From contig JANWJF010000001.1 of NCBI GenBank assembly GCA_025449535.1, positions 68,279 to 132,278 on the forward strand: 64,000 nucleotides of DNA. Direction: 5' to 3'. Positions 47,290 through 57,206 of the stretch are shown in pieces (within the stretch, counting starts at the first letter, position 1; each line of letters opens with the position of its first letter). The position numbers were made by a program, and so were the translations under genes. This DNA is from Candidatus Saccharimonadia bacterium (GTDB lineage Bacteria > Patescibacteriota > SICC01). A model generated the notes under the pieces. The model searched no databases and had not been told where the DNA came from. It saw nothing but the letters and a program-made list of their open reading frames with translations.

Positions 47290-48516
47290 CTACGGACCGA
47301 CCCGTCCGCCGCTGATCACGGCCTTGTCGAACCAGAGGTTCAACGGCAGGGTCTGTGATCCGGATCCGATCGCGACGATTCCGTAGCGGAGCCGGGTAGC
47401 CGTCGTGCCGTAGCTGTTCGGCGCGGTGGAGCTGCCGATCTTATTGCCGTTGAGGTACACCTCCGTAAGCGCACCGCTGCCGTTCGTCAGCTTCTGATGC
47501 ACTTCGATGTGGAACCACTGGCCTTCCGGCACGTCGAACGGTCCGACGAGCGTCGTGGCCGTACCGCCGGTCCGCTTCTGGAGCACGAGCCGAGCCTTCT
47601 TGTCGACGTTATAGATGACGAATCCCCCTTGGCTGTCGCCCGGGTAGTCATCCCAGCGCATCAGGTCCACCTGGTTCCGCATCGCGCTCTTGAACCCGGA
47701 CGGCAGATAGAAGGCACCGCTGTACCAGACGTCGGTACCGTTCGACCAGGTCGGCGTGAAGATTCCCCGGGTGTACCCGTTATTGCCGCTGCCGTTGTAC
47801 GTCGCCTTCGCGGAATAGCTTCCGCTGTACGTCCGATCGGTAGCGACGGTCAGCGTGCCCTCCAGGGCGTTGGTGCTGTTGAATTCATTGAAGTTTCCCG
47901 GTTCCAGGCCTGCGGACTTCAGGATGGTTCCCGAAGGGCTGCTGACCGGCGAAGGAACAGGCGTCGCGCTTGGCTTGACGCTTGGCTTTACCGAAGGCGA
48001 AGGAGACGGAGACGGCGTAGATTCGTCTGACAGTCGCAGATAATCGACCCGGAGGTCCCGGTTGCAGTAGCTGGTCTTCTTGTTGTTGGTGAAGCTGATC
48101 GTGTACGTATGCGCGCCGGCAGATATCGTCTTTGCAGCGCTGTATTCCTTCCAGGCGGTATTCGAAACGGCAGCATTGATGACGGTGCTGCCGTCGACCT
48201 TGACCACCATCTGGGGTGCTCCACTACACTGGTCGCCCTTTGCAGCCACGGTGACCCTGGTCACTTTGGGAGTGGTGATTTGATACTTCGCCGTGGCGGT
48301 GTTCCAGATATGCAGTCCCTTGCCAGCGGATGCCGTGCTGTCCGTATAGGGACTGCCGTCATTGCTACCGATGCTGAACGTTTCCGCTTCTATCTGCGTG
48401 GTCGAGGTAGCTGCGAACGTAGCAAGTGCCGCGACCACGCCAGTGGCGATGATCGAAGCGATCAGAAGCTTTTGCCAATTACGCTTGGCTGACGAAAGAA
48501 TTGCGGATGTAGGCAT
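47290..48516 (-). CDS. Secreted protein: carbohydrate-binding module, Pro/Ser linker, polysaccharide-lyase-like domain
   Basis: Signal anchor, IEAE...ISFTN...RDLRVD module, TPSPSPSP linker, GQWFHIE...VYLNG...WFD jelly-roll pattern. Confidence 0.7.
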   Translation of the reverse strand: MPTSAILSSAKRNWQKLLIASIIATGVVAALATFAATSTTQIEAETFSIGSNDGSPYTDSTASAGKGLHIWNTATAKYQITTPKVTRVTVAAKGDQCSGAPQMVVKVDGSTVINAAVSNTAWKEYSAAKTISAGAHTYTISFTNNKKTSYCNRDLRVDYLRLSDESTPSPSPSPSVKPSVKPSATPVPSPVSSPSGTILKSAGLEPGNFNEFNSTNALEGTLTVATDRTYSGSYSAKATYNGSGNNGYTRGIFTPTWSNGTDVWYSGAFYLPSGFKSAMRNQVDLMRWDDYPGDSQGGFVIYNVDKKARLVLQKRTGGTATTLVGPFDVPEGQWFHIEVHQKLTNGSGALTEVYLNGNKIGSSTAPNSYGTTATRLRYGIVAIGSGSQTLPLNLWFDKAVISGGRVGP

Positions 48517-48548
48517 TGATGTTTGTTGGTTATGAGTGAAATTACGCC

Positions 48549-48577
48549 ACAGTAGCACGAATTAGCAGACGTGTCAA
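48549..48577 (-). promoter_or_regulatory. Sigma70-like promoter
   Basis: TTGACA-N17-TACTGT with extended -10 TG. Confidence 0.7.
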
Positions 48578-48634
48578 CCCCCCAGCAGGAATGGTATCGG
48601 TTTTTCGCCCTTGAAGAGCTTGGGATATAGCGAA

Positions 48635-48677
48635 GCCCCGGCGAGGCGCAGGAAAGGATCTCCTGGCTCGCCGGGGC
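48635..48677 (-). terminator. GC-rich hairpin downstream of 48695-49018
   Basis: GCCCCGGCGAG...CTCGCCGGGGC 11-bp stem plus inner CAGGA/TCCTG. Confidence 0.5.
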
Positions 48678-48694
48678 GATGGAACGAGAGTGCA

Positions 48695-49018
48695 TCAAGG
48701 GTCGGGAGGTCCGACGCAGATGATTTCGAAAGCGTTGCCCTTGTTCAGGACCTTGTGCCGTGCCTTCTGGCCGTGTTGCCGCTTGCAGGCCTGCGTCAGG
48801 GAAATCGGACGGGTGGTCGAGTCGTTGTAACAGCGCCAGTCGTTGAACGTGTTGTGACCGACCACTTCGTCTCCCGGGACGATGGCTCCTTTGAAGCCCT
48901 CTTCGACGCAGTATTTGTGGAGGTCCAGTCCGCCAAGCGGCTGGGCCTGGCCCGCCATGGCCGGCGCGGCGACAAGCAGTGATGCCACCAGCGCCAAGAT
49001 CACTGGGATCTTTCGCAT
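48695..49018 (-). CDS. Small secreted 4-Cys protein
   Basis: Signal peptide ending AMA; GGLDLHKYC, WRC, AC, IC; GGGGAG RBS. Confidence 0.75.
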   Translation of the reverse strand: MRKIPVILALVASLLVAAPAMAGQAQPLGGLDLHKYCVEEGFKGAIVPGDEVVGHNTFNDWRCYNDSTTRPISLTQACKRQHGQKARHKVLNKGNAFEIICVGPPDP

Positions 49019-49228
49019 GATATTCTCCCCCAGGTTTACCCCATCGGGATGGTCTGGGAACCGTCGATTGCACCTCGATGTTAACTACACATGAACATAC
49101 TCATATGTGGCTAAAAAATAGCATAGTTAAGGTACTTTTGCAACAGAGACGCTCGGCGGGGCCGTGGGGCCCATCGGACATCCGTTCGTCCGCCTACCCC
49201 TGGCCAGGATGCGTTAGAATAGTCGGTT

Positions 49229-50350
49229 ATGCCTCAACGCTCCCATGCATCCCCGGACCACGCCCTGCTGGCCTCGGAATACCTTATGGACGAGACCGAC
49301 CTGCCGGAAGCCTGGGAGTTGGCGAAAGGCATCCTGGCAGGCAGCGCACATCCCGAGATCCTCAGCAAGGCTCACGAACTCCTGGCTCGGTGTACCGAAC
49401 TGGAGGACAATCCGGACGGCGCGCTGCCCCACTACCGGGCCGCCGAAGAGGTAGCGGCCGAAGGCCATTACTATGTCCAGGCGGCCCGGACGGCCTGCAC
49501 GCTGGCGATGCTCCACGCCGAACGGGAAGACTCCGCGGAAGCCGTGGACGCGTTCCTGCGCGGCCTGGAGTACTGGGAGCGGCTCGACCTGGACCACGAG
49601 CACCCCGGAATGCATGAAGTCCGCAAGAAGCTGGACAAAGCTTTCAAGACGGCCGTCAAGCGGAAGTTTACGTATCCGGACAAATGGAGCCGGGCAAAGC
49701 CCTACGTGGCCTTACGGCAAATGTGGCAGCAGAAGCGCGAGCGCGATCGCAAAGCCACGAAGGAATTCCGCATGGAACCGGATTTCGACCCAAGCCGGTC
49801 GCCGTTGGAACGACTGTGTGACTACCATGGACCCCACTGGAGTAGCGACCGGGAAGACCCAGAACAAATAGCCATGCTGATCGACTCGGTCCTCAGCTCG
49901 TCGTCAGATCCAACCCTTGAAGGATACGCATGGAGTGCGAAAATCTGGCTGCTCAAAGTCACGCATGCGGACACGGAGGAGCAACTCGAAGCGCTTCGTG
50001 CCGCGGAAGCGGCCTGGTCGGAGACCGAGTTCGCCGAGATGGCCCTCGAGAGCATCGCCGGACAGGTCGAACTGCACGCCGAGGCCGGTCAGCGTTCGGA
50101 GGCTCTGGACGCATTCGTGCGTGGCGTGGATTACTGGTCTAACCTCGAGCAAGTCCGGCCATGGCCACGCAACGAGGGCTACCGAGATAACAGCGGCAAG
50201 AGGTACCTGGAAGAGGCGTTCAAGGCGGTCTCGAATCGGGGCCTGCGGGAACGCACGCGGGACGCTCACCTCGAGCACTGTCGTCAGACCGGCCAGGACC
50301 CGGTGCCTCCCCTACCCGAAGCTTGGCAGGTCGAAGTCAATGAAGCGTAA
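49229..50350 (+). CDS. Helical-repeat hypothetical protein with internal duplication
   Basis: LHAEREDSAEAVDAFLRGLEYW and LHAEAGQRSEALDAFVRGVDYW. Confidence 0.65.
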   Translation: MPQRSHASPDHALLASEYLMDETDLPEAWELAKGILAGSAHPEILSKAHELLARCTELEDNPDGALPHYRAAEEVAAEGHYYVQAARTACTLAMLHAEREDSAEAVDAFLRGLEYWERLDLDHEHPGMHEVRKKLDKAFKTAVKRKFTYPDKWSRAKPYVALRQMWQQKRERDRKATKEFRMEPDFDPSRSPLERLCDYHGPHWSSDREDPEQIAMLIDSVLSSSSDPTLEGYAWSAKIWLLKVTHADTEEQLEALRAAEAAWSETEFAEMALESIAGQVELHAEAGQRSEALDAFVRGVDYWSNLEQVRPWPRNEGYRDNSGKRYLEEAFKAVSNRGLRERTRDAHLEHCRQTGQDPVPPLPEAWQVEVNEA

Positions 50351-50359
50351 GACGGATCG

Positions 50360-50923
50360 TCAGAACTTCCGAAGCTCCGACCGCAGGGACTCGTAGGTCG
50401 GCAGCGCTTCCCGGACCAAGGCCCAGAACCGCGGCGAGTGATTGAGTTCCCGCAGGTGGCACAACTCATGCACGACCACGTAATCGACGAGCCGTTCCGG
50501 CAGGAACAGGAGCTTGTAATTGAAGCTAAGGTTGCCGTTCCGCGAGCAACTGCCCCACCGCGAGACGACCCGGCGCACGAAGAGCCGCCGGTACGTATAA
50601 CCGAGCTCCCTGCTCCAATGATCCGTGCGGGAGGTAAGCAAGGCGCGGGCATCCTCCCGGTGTGCCAGGTAGTGATCGCGCGACCGCTCCAGCAACGCCG
50701 GTGGCCGCTGCCGTTGCCGGGCGCGGGTGCTGGCGATCCAGTCCCGCTTGGCCTCCACGAAACGACGGACCGTCCAGAGCGGGACCCGCCGCGGCTTGGT
50801 CACCACGACCTCGCCGCCCGACCGGACGGTGATCCGAACCTGCTTGGCCCGCGGATGGGTCCGCAGCCGGTAGTTCGTGTCCTCGTCCAGGACGATCAGT
50901 TTTTCTTTCGTCGTGCCTCTCAT
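50360..50923 (-). CDS. YgjP/M48-like metal-dependent hydrolase
   Basis: SRWGSCS, YVVVHELCHL, NHSPRFW. Confidence 0.9.
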   Translation of the reverse strand: MRGTTKEKLIVLDEDTNYRLRTHPRAKQVRITVRSGGEVVVTKPRRVPLWTVRRFVEAKRDWIASTRARQRQRPPALLERSRDHYLAHREDARALLTSRTDHWSRELGYTYRRLFVRRVVSRWGSCSRNGNLSFNYKLLFLPERLVDYVVVHELCHLRELNHSPRFWALVREALPTYESLRSELRKF

Positions 50924-50977
50924 GGCTCCCCTTAGCGGATACCCTTCGAACAAAATGTTATCACGATATCCTTATGC

Positions 50978-51259
50978 TCAATAACGGAAATACAGGGTTG
51001 ATCCGATAGTTATCAATGTCATTGCTGCCGCTAGGCCATTACTTCCCATAATGAATTTGTCTCGCGTGAAATATCCATGAGTCGAAAATCCTGCTTGGAC
51101 GAAAAATAAGATTGAAAGAAACGGTAAAGAAAGTCCAGCCGTCTCATGTGTTTGCCAGATCTGAAATAACTGAGGAGCGGTCATTAAGGGATTGACGACA
51201 CTGATAATCCAGATAATTCTGGTCCAATGTATTTTTTCTGCAATCCTTTCTCGATTCAT
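50978..51259 (-). CDS. SemiSWEET/PQ-loop transporter
   Basis: PQ motif (TAPQLFQIW), AGLS, three TM, SN; AT-rich. Confidence 0.8.
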   Translation of the reverse strand: MNRERIAEKIHWTRIIWIISVVNPLMTAPQLFQIWQTHETAGLSLPFLSILFFVQAGFSTHGYFTRDKFIMGSNGLAAAMTLITIGSTLYFRY

Positions 51260-51293
51260 ATAGTTCGATTTTACTGCAGTTCGGTTCCCTGTT

Positions 51294-51317
51294 GCTCGGA
51301 GACAGGGAATCGAACCC
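51294..51317 (-). repeat. Degenerate copy of the tRNA-Gln 3' end (att-like)
   Basis: GCTCGGAGACAGGGAATCGAACCC matches 54547-54570 at 22 of 24 nt, same orientation. Confidence 0.65.
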
Positions 51318-51348
51318 TGGGAAGACCGTGCGGCTGCCAATTGCTAGA

Positions 51349-52425
51349 CTAGGCCTTGGCGCGCGCTTTGCGCAGTGACCGCTGCGGCGGATGCTTATAG
51401 TCCCACCATTCCTTTATCACTATCTGGACCGCGGCTGCCAGCGGAATCGCCAGCAATGCCCCGATTATCCCGAATAACTGGCTGCCGAAGAGCACGGCGA
51501 CAATGACCACCAGCGAATTGATACCAACCGAGCGTCGCTGGATCTGCGGCTGGATCAGGTTGTTTTCAAGCTGTTGGTACGCGATCATCCAGATCGCCCA
51601 AATAATCGTAACGGTGGGAAAATCCACGAATAGACTGACCAGGCCGACCGCCACGCCGGCAATCAGTGAACCGATCATCGGAATCAAATCGAGCAATGCC
51701 ACCGTCACCGCCAGCGGCGCCGCAAATGGGATATCAAGCAGCCGCATGACGATGTAGGCAGTGAGGCCGGCGAAGATAGAAATCGCCGCATTGCCTGCTA
51801 GGTAGTTTCCAATCGCCCGGTTGCTTTGCGTCACTACCTTACGAATGCGCGCTTGATGCGCTTTCGGCTGTTGCCTAATCAGCCAATCAACCCAGTGGGC
51901 TCCTCGCATGAGCATCAGGAAGGCCATTACCAGAATCGTACAGATGGCGGCCAGCGAACTGACCAGACTGCTGCCAAAGCTAGACAGCGCGCCGGCCGCG
52001 CTCCCGATCGCCTCAGGAAGCCGATCGGCACGTTCCTGTATTTTTTCACTGATCTGGTACTTTTCCTCAAGCCCGCTTAGCTGAGGACTCTCGGTGACAT
52101 ACTCCTGCAAATCACTGGCATACTCGGGCGCGTGATCGACTAAGCTCACTGCCCCATCGACCACCGGCGGTAAGATGATCGCCGCGATCGCGACTGGGAT
52201 CAATAGCAGGGCTAAAAACACCAGCGCAATGGCAAATAGTCGCTTCATGAAGCGATTCAAATAATTGACCGGACCGGAGAGTGACGCGGCGACAAAGGCC
52301 GCCAGGAAAACCCAGGCCAGCGGTTCCCGAAGCAGCCAGGCCAAAACGAGGGCAAACGCGGATAGGATCACGATCACAACGATGCGTACAATGGTCCGGG
52401 TTTCTAGATTTTGCGAAGTTGCCAT
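51349..52425 (-). CDS. AI-2E family transporter
   Basis: LIPMIG, QQLENNLIQP, GIIGALLAIP. Confidence 0.92.
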   Translation of the reverse strand: MATSQNLETRTIVRIVVIVILSAFALVLAWLLREPLAWVFLAAFVAASLSGPVNYLNRFMKRLFAIALVFLALLLIPVAIAAIILPPVVDGAVSLVDHAPEYASDLQEYVTESPQLSGLEEKYQISEKIQERADRLPEAIGSAAGALSSFGSSLVSSLAAICTILVMAFLMLMRGAHWVDWLIRQQPKAHQARIRKVVTQSNRAIGNYLAGNAAISIFAGLTAYIVMRLLDIPFAAPLAVTVALLDLIPMIGSLIAGVAVGLVSLFVDFPTVTIIWAIWMIAYQQLENNLIQPQIQRRSVGINSLVVIVAVLFGSQLFGIIGALLAIPLAAAVQIVIKEWWDYKHPPQRSLRKARAKA

Positions 52426-52477
52426 GGCAGGCTCAAGGTACTCCGATTGAGTACAAGAAATCAAACAACCACGGACG

Positions 52478-54511
52478 TTATTTAGACTGACGGTGCCCGG
52501 CTTGCTTAAGCCAGTCGATGAAGACCCTATGGACGTTTACACTATCGACCAGTTCCCCATCGGTCAGATGACGCTTGGAAATTTTCAGCTGCTCAGGGTG
52601 CAGAAGGAGGGCGTCGGTCTGCCAACCGCCGATCCCGCCATGGCTTCCGACCAGTTCCTCGAACGCGTGCACTTCTCCGGTGGATTCGTCGTAGCTCGAA
52701 ATGACCTGGAGGTCGGGCGCGTTCTTCATTGTAGCCAGCTTCAGTAATTGCGCGGCGGTTACCTTGGCATACGGGGTGAGCGGATTGGCGCCGACTATTT
52801 TCCCGCTGCGAAGGCTGATTTCCCCATCAGCTCCGATGCAGACCGGTCCGCCGGCGCCGGAATCCACCAGGACGAGGCCGATGCCTTTGGTAGCCAACAG
52901 TGCGTCAATCAGTCTTGGATAGTCCTGGTCGATATCCTTCCGAGTCGGTCTTTCCTGGTAGCTCCGAATCCAGATATTGCCCAGATTCCCGGACCCGGTG
53001 ACGACCACTTCCGACTCGGCCGTGTCCACCTGCTTACCCTTCTCGTATTTACGCGCGGCGGCGGCCAAAGTATCGGACTTTACCCCCTGGCCGGCCGAAC
53101 CCTCCGCCAGCAAGGCCCGGGGCGTTCGCTCCATCTCGACCGGATCGGTCAGACCGAGCACCCGGTTAGTGCGCAGCAGCTCGCCAACCACTTGATCGAG
53201 TCCCTTCCCGGTGAGCTGTTTGAAAGTTTCGCCCTGGCTTTGGCCATGATCGGAAACGAAAACCACATGATACGGACGCGGGGCATGCCGGGCTGCCTCG
53301 GTCAACACGCCGATCACCCGATCGAGACCAGTCACGGCGGCCAGCGATTCAGGCCTGGCGATACCGGCGTGATGGGCGATTTCGTCATAGTCGAGATAGT
53401 CCACGTAAATCGAGTTGACCCCTTGCATCATCTGGTCGAGCACTATGGTGGTCTGCAGATCCCTCAGGATCACGTTAGTCGCTGCGCGCAGCACGACGTA
53501 ACTGCCGTGTCGATCGATCCGGGGACGGATGCCGCGCAAGCGCTGACGCCGGCCTTGATAGAGTTCCTTCAGCATCTCCCCGATCGCGAGGACGAAGACC
53601 CGCATAAACCCGTACAAGTTCGAGAAATAGGCAGAATACTCGTGCATTGCCTTCAGCGACTGTCGGTCCCCTTCCAGTCGGCTCAGCACCATGATGTTCG
53701 AGGGCGCATCCCCGGAGAAAATATTCCCGACACTCACGCCGCCGTCTACCAGTAACCCCTTTCCGTTGGATAGCCGCGACTCGATCAGACTGGCGTCGGC
53801 CGGCTGATTAGCGACGACCAGCCGTTCCGAGGCACGTTCGTACCAGCGGAATGCCGGGATGCCATCATTCGAGCCAAGCAGGATACCGGCCTGGGAGGCC
53901 GGCGTGGTTGACGGTATCTGCGTCCGCCATTTCTTTACTACATAGCCTTCCTGTTCCAATAGCCGTTTCACATTCGGTAGATTCCCGGCCTTGATTTGCC
54001 AATCCAACAGCTGCCAGGGGATTCCATCGAGCTGGACGAAGAGGAAGCCGGGTACGGTGGTTTTCCGCTTCGGTTTCTTCCTCGCTGCTTTGATAGCGGT
54101 GTGCAAGAAATAGCGGTCGGATCGAGCCAGGAAGACCCACTGCAGGCTGGTCATCAGCGCCGCGTAGATCCAGGCAATTACCACGGTTGTGCCAAAGCTG
54201 ATTTGTTCAAGGCCCGGGACTAATTCGAACGCGCCCCAGAGTACCAACGCGTAGGCGAACAGACTGAGAAAGAGGATTCCAAAAATGCCGAAAAGCTTGG
54301 CGATGAGCGAAAACAGCGGCTGGGCCACCGTCTGCAAAACTTGCACGATCAGCACGACCAATACGATCTTGCCCAAACCAACGCTACCCGAGTCGATACA
54401 AAGCTCAAGCAGGATCGTCAGGGCGACTGCCGCCACGATGGTTTGGACTATCTGCTCCAGAATCCCAGGAGTGGCGTAGCCGATTCGATCTTTAGCGGTG
54501 GATGCATTCAT
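52478..54511 (-). CDS. Holin-like 4-TM domain fused to alkaline phosphatase/phosphodiesterase domain
   Basis: QLDG, PSTTPASQ, YDEIAHH, SDHGQS, FEELVGSHGG. Confidence 0.85.
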   Translation of the reverse strand: MNASTAKDRIGYATPGILEQIVQTIVAAVALTILLELCIDSGSVGLGKIVLVVLIVQVLQTVAQPLFSLIAKLFGIFGILFLSLFAYALVLWGAFELVPGLEQISFGTTVVIAWIYAALMTSLQWVFLARSDRYFLHTAIKAARKKPKRKTTVPGFLFVQLDGIPWQLLDWQIKAGNLPNVKRLLEQEGYVVKKWRTQIPSTTPASQAGILLGSNDGIPAFRWYERASERLVVANQPADASLIESRLSNGKGLLVDGGVSVGNIFSGDAPSNIMVLSRLEGDRQSLKAMHEYSAYFSNLYGFMRVFVLAIGEMLKELYQGRRQRLRGIRPRIDRHGSYVVLRAATNVILRDLQTTIVLDQMMQGVNSIYVDYLDYDEIAHHAGIARPESLAAVTGLDRVIGVLTEAARHAPRPYHVVFVSDHGQSQGETFKQLTGKGLDQVVGELLRTNRVLGLTDPVEMERTPRALLAEGSAGQGVKSDTLAAAARKYEKGKQVDTAESEVVVTGSGNLGNIWIRSYQERPTRKDIDQDYPRLIDALLATKGIGLVLVDSGAGGPVCIGADGEISLRSGKIVGANPLTPYAKVTAAQLLKLATMKNAPDLQVISSYDESTGEVHAFEELVGSHGGIGGWQTDALLLHPEQLKISKRHLTDGELVDSVNVHRVFIDWLKQAGHRQSK

Positions 54512-54544
54512 GGTGAGGCGCAGAATCACTCAGACATAGTTAAT

Positions 54545-54618
54545 TGGCTCGGGGGCAGGGAATCGAACCCCGATTTCCAGGACCAAAACCTGGCGTCCTA
54601 CCGTTAGACGACCCCCGA
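54545..54618 (-). tRNA. tRNA-Gln(TTG)
   Basis: TCGGGGG/CCCCCGA acceptor, CCAGG-TTTTGGT-CCTGG anticodon arm, TTCGATT T-loop, encoded CCA. Confidence 0.97.
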
Positions 54619-54704
54619 ATAACGGCTGTCCTCAGTCTAGCAAGACCGGAGGCACGAATGCTCCTTGGCGGGAGCATTCGGTACTTTCGACGATGTCAGC
54701 CGGC

Positions 54705-55094
54705 TTAGCTGCGCCGACCGTGGATCGCCAGCGAGTGGATGATCAACACGTCGATCACGATGATGATGATCGACCAGATCGGGTACGCCGGCAGGAACAG
54801 CATGTTCGCGGCGGCGCTCAGCGTCGCCAGGGTGATGCCGATCACGCGGCCGAACAGGTGCCCGCTGAACAGCGACCACGCCGCGCAGAGCAGCAGGATG
54901 CCGACCGCCAGGTGGACCCAGCCCCAGGTGGTCACGTCCAGGACCAGGAGCTGCTGCTGGCCGAACGTGTAGAATTCCTCCTTCGAGATCGCGGTCAGGC
55001 CCGCGACGGCCTGCAGGAAGCCCGCCAGGAGCATGATTACTCCCGCGAACGTCCCCCAACCGGTGATGTAGTGCTCTTTCGTTTGGTCTGCCAT
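54705..55094 (-). CDS. Four-TM membrane protein (DUF7144-like)
   Basis: GWGTFAG, WGWVHL, LPAYPIWS. Confidence 0.8.
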   Translation of the reverse strand: MADQTKEHYITGWGTFAGVIMLLAGFLQAVAGLTAISKEEFYTFGQQQLLVLDVTTWGWVHLAVGILLLCAAWSLFSGHLFGRVIGITLATLSAAANMLFLPAYPIWSIIIIVIDVLIIHSLAIHGRRS

Positions 55095-55118
55095 GATAAT
55101 TCCTTTCCTTATGCTAAA

Positions 55119-55679
55119 TTATGCCAATTCCTTACGTGCGCCGAGCGCCATCGCCACCCCTACCGCGCCGGCCAAGATGCCGTACACGCCGAGGACCCAG
55201 ACGAAAGTGACGCCGCCGGACACCGGATGCGCCAGGACGATCCCGCCGGCCAGGACGGCCAGGACGCCGATGGCGGCCGTCAGGAACTTCACGCCGCCGG
55301 AGTAGTGGAACTCGAACGCGGCCACGATCTCCAGGATGCCCCGGACGATCAGGCCGATGCCGATCAACGCGATCAGCACGGCCAGTGCGTCGACGCCGTG
55401 CCGGATCAGGTAGACGCCCAGGCCGACTTCCAGCACGCCGAGCAGGGTGGTCAGGAACCAGAGGTTACGCTTCCCTGCCCCACGGACGCCGGAGATCAGG
55501 TCGACCACGCCGCTGACCAACAGCAGCAGGGCGAACGCCACGGCCACCAGGGCCAGGGTCAGACCCGGCCAGACGGCCGCGAAGATACCGAAGAACACCA
55601 ATACGAGACTCCGGACGATCCAAAGCCACCACAAATCGTTGAGGTCTGCTTTTTGTTGTGTGGTAAGCGCGGTCGCCAT
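55119..55679 (-). CDS. HdeD/DUF308 family membrane protein
   Basis: WW..IVR...FG...WPG pattern, six TM; AGGAA RBS. Confidence 0.85.
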   Translation of the reverse strand: MATALTTQQKADLNDLWWLWIVRSLVLVFFGIFAAVWPGLTLALVAVAFALLLLVSGVVDLISGVRGAGKRNLWFLTTLLGVLEVGLGVYLIRHGVDALAVLIALIGIGLIVRGILEIVAAFEFHYSGGVKFLTAAIGVLAVLAGGIVLAHPVSGGVTFVWVLGVYGILAGAVGVAMALGARKELA

Positions 55680-55810
55680 GGGTTCCTCCTATTGAGTAAT
55701 GCTCGTCTGATTATACTCCTGGCATGCAAGCTTTTGTGGAAAAGTCCTAGGAATTTGATAAAAAATCGCTAGGATATCAGAAAAATTTTTAGATTTTTTG
55801 CTAACGACAC

Positions 55811-56584
55811 TTAATAACCGACCAGCACGTCACGGCGGATCCGACGGCGCGTGATTCCCATCCGGCGCAACAGACCGTAGTAGTGTCCGACCAGGCCGGG
55901 CGATCCCGTGATATAGAACAGCGGATCGCGATCGAACTGCGGCGCGGCCTTGAGGTCGTCCGCGCTGACCCGACGCGGCGAGACGACGTAATCTATCCCG
56001 AACCCCTCATGGCGCTTGGCGACGGCATCGAGCTCCGGCTTGAAGACGAAGTCCGGCGTCGAGTTCGCGTAGAACAACGTGGCGTCAATCGACAGCCGGC
56101 GATGGTCGAGGTCCAGCAGGATCGAATGAATCGGCGTGCTGCCGACGCCGCCGGCGATGAACACGTAGGGCCGCCCCGGGTCCCGCACCGTGAAGATACC
56201 GAACGGACCGCGCACGGAGACCGGGTCGCCCGGCCCCAGCGCCAGCAGGGCCTGCTTGAAGGAGCTCCGCGGCTCCGCCGTCCGGGTCGTGACCTGCACC
56301 TGCCGCTCGTGCGGCGGCGAGGCGATCGTGAAGAAGCGCCGGGTGCCTTTCTTGTCCGGCCGCTCGTGTGGCAGCGTATAAAGCAGGTGCTGGCCGGCCT
56401 GCCACGCCAACGGCCGCTCCGGCTCGAACCGGAAGGTCGTCGTGCCCTTTCCCTCTTCCTGGCGCTCGGCCAGGCGCAACGTATGCGTGCGCAGCCCGCC
56501 CACGGATTGGGCCACGATTTCCGGGAACCGGCTCGGCACCAGCAGCGGCCCGACCAGACGCGGAAGGTTACCGAGGAAGTACAT
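55811..56584 (-). CDS. Ferredoxin-reductase-like FAD/NAD oxidoreductase
   Basis: AGQ, RFFTIAS, GPFG, FIAGGVGSTP, YITG. Confidence 0.88.
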   Translation of the reverse strand: MYFLGNLPRLVGPLLVPSRFPEIVAQSVGGLRTHTLRLAERQEEGKGTTTFRFEPERPLAWQAGQHLLYTLPHERPDKKGTRRFFTIASPPHERQVQVTTRTAEPRSSFKQALLALGPGDPVSVRGPFGIFTVRDPGRPYVFIAGGVGSTPIHSILLDLDHRRLSIDATLFYANSTPDFVFKPELDAVAKRHEGFGIDYVVSPRRVSADDLKAAPQFDRDPLFYITGSPGLVGHYYGLLRRMGITRRRIRRDVLVGY

Positions 56585-56594
56585 CGGCCCTATC

Positions 56595-57113
56595 TTACTC
56601 CTTCAGTGCCTGTCGCACGCCGCGCAGGCCGCGCTTGCGGTACTCGCGGATCGCCTCGCGCGTGGTGTCGAAGATCGCCGGCAGCTCCAGGTAGTCGATG
56701 CCGATCGCGATCCAGGCCAGCCACACCGGCAACGTGGTCCCTGCTTCCCCGACGCCGAGGCTCGCCACCACGAACTCGTCGGTGATCCAGTAGATGTGCA
56801 GCCACTGCAGGTTGATGCCGACCAGGATCAGGAACCGTTTCCAGGTGAACTGCCGGTGCAGGATCACGAGATAGAGGATGCTGGTCGAGACCAGCGCCGG
56901 TATCTCCAGGTAGTCGGCGGCGGAAAGCGCGGCCTGCCAGAACGGCGCCAGCGTCCAGTAGCTCTCCCCCACCAGGCGCTGCGCCACCACGTGCGCGGAC
57001 AGCCAGTAGAGGTGCACGAGCTGGGTCAGGAACAGCAGCGCCGAGACGGTCACGGCCAGCTGATAGTGGCGTTCGTACCACGCCGCGATGCGATGTCCGG
57101 TTCGTTTCAGCAT
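56595..57113 (-). CDS. Membrane protein
   Basis: Repeated HLYWL/HIYWIT and DYLEIPA/DYLELPA motifs, four TM. Confidence 0.75.
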   Translation of the reverse strand: MLKRTGHRIAAWYERHYQLAVTVSALLFLTQLVHLYWLSAHVVAQRLVGESYWTLAPFWQAALSAADYLEIPALVSTSILYLVILHRQFTWKRFLILVGINLQWLHIYWITDEFVVASLGVGEAGTTLPVWLAWIAIGIDYLELPAIFDTTREAIREYRKRGLRGVRQALKE

Positions 57114-57206
57114 AGTACCCAGTATACGGGTCCTTGCTCATCCAAGAGGCCCCGGGCCGTATGCCCGGCTCGTCAACATCGCCGAAGCCTGTCTGGCTAC
57201 CGGCCG

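Noticed and set aside
37738-54511. Prophage suggested by tail-fibre-like and holin-like domains
   Set aside because: No capsid, terminase, portal or integrase; both domains are embedded in host-type proteins
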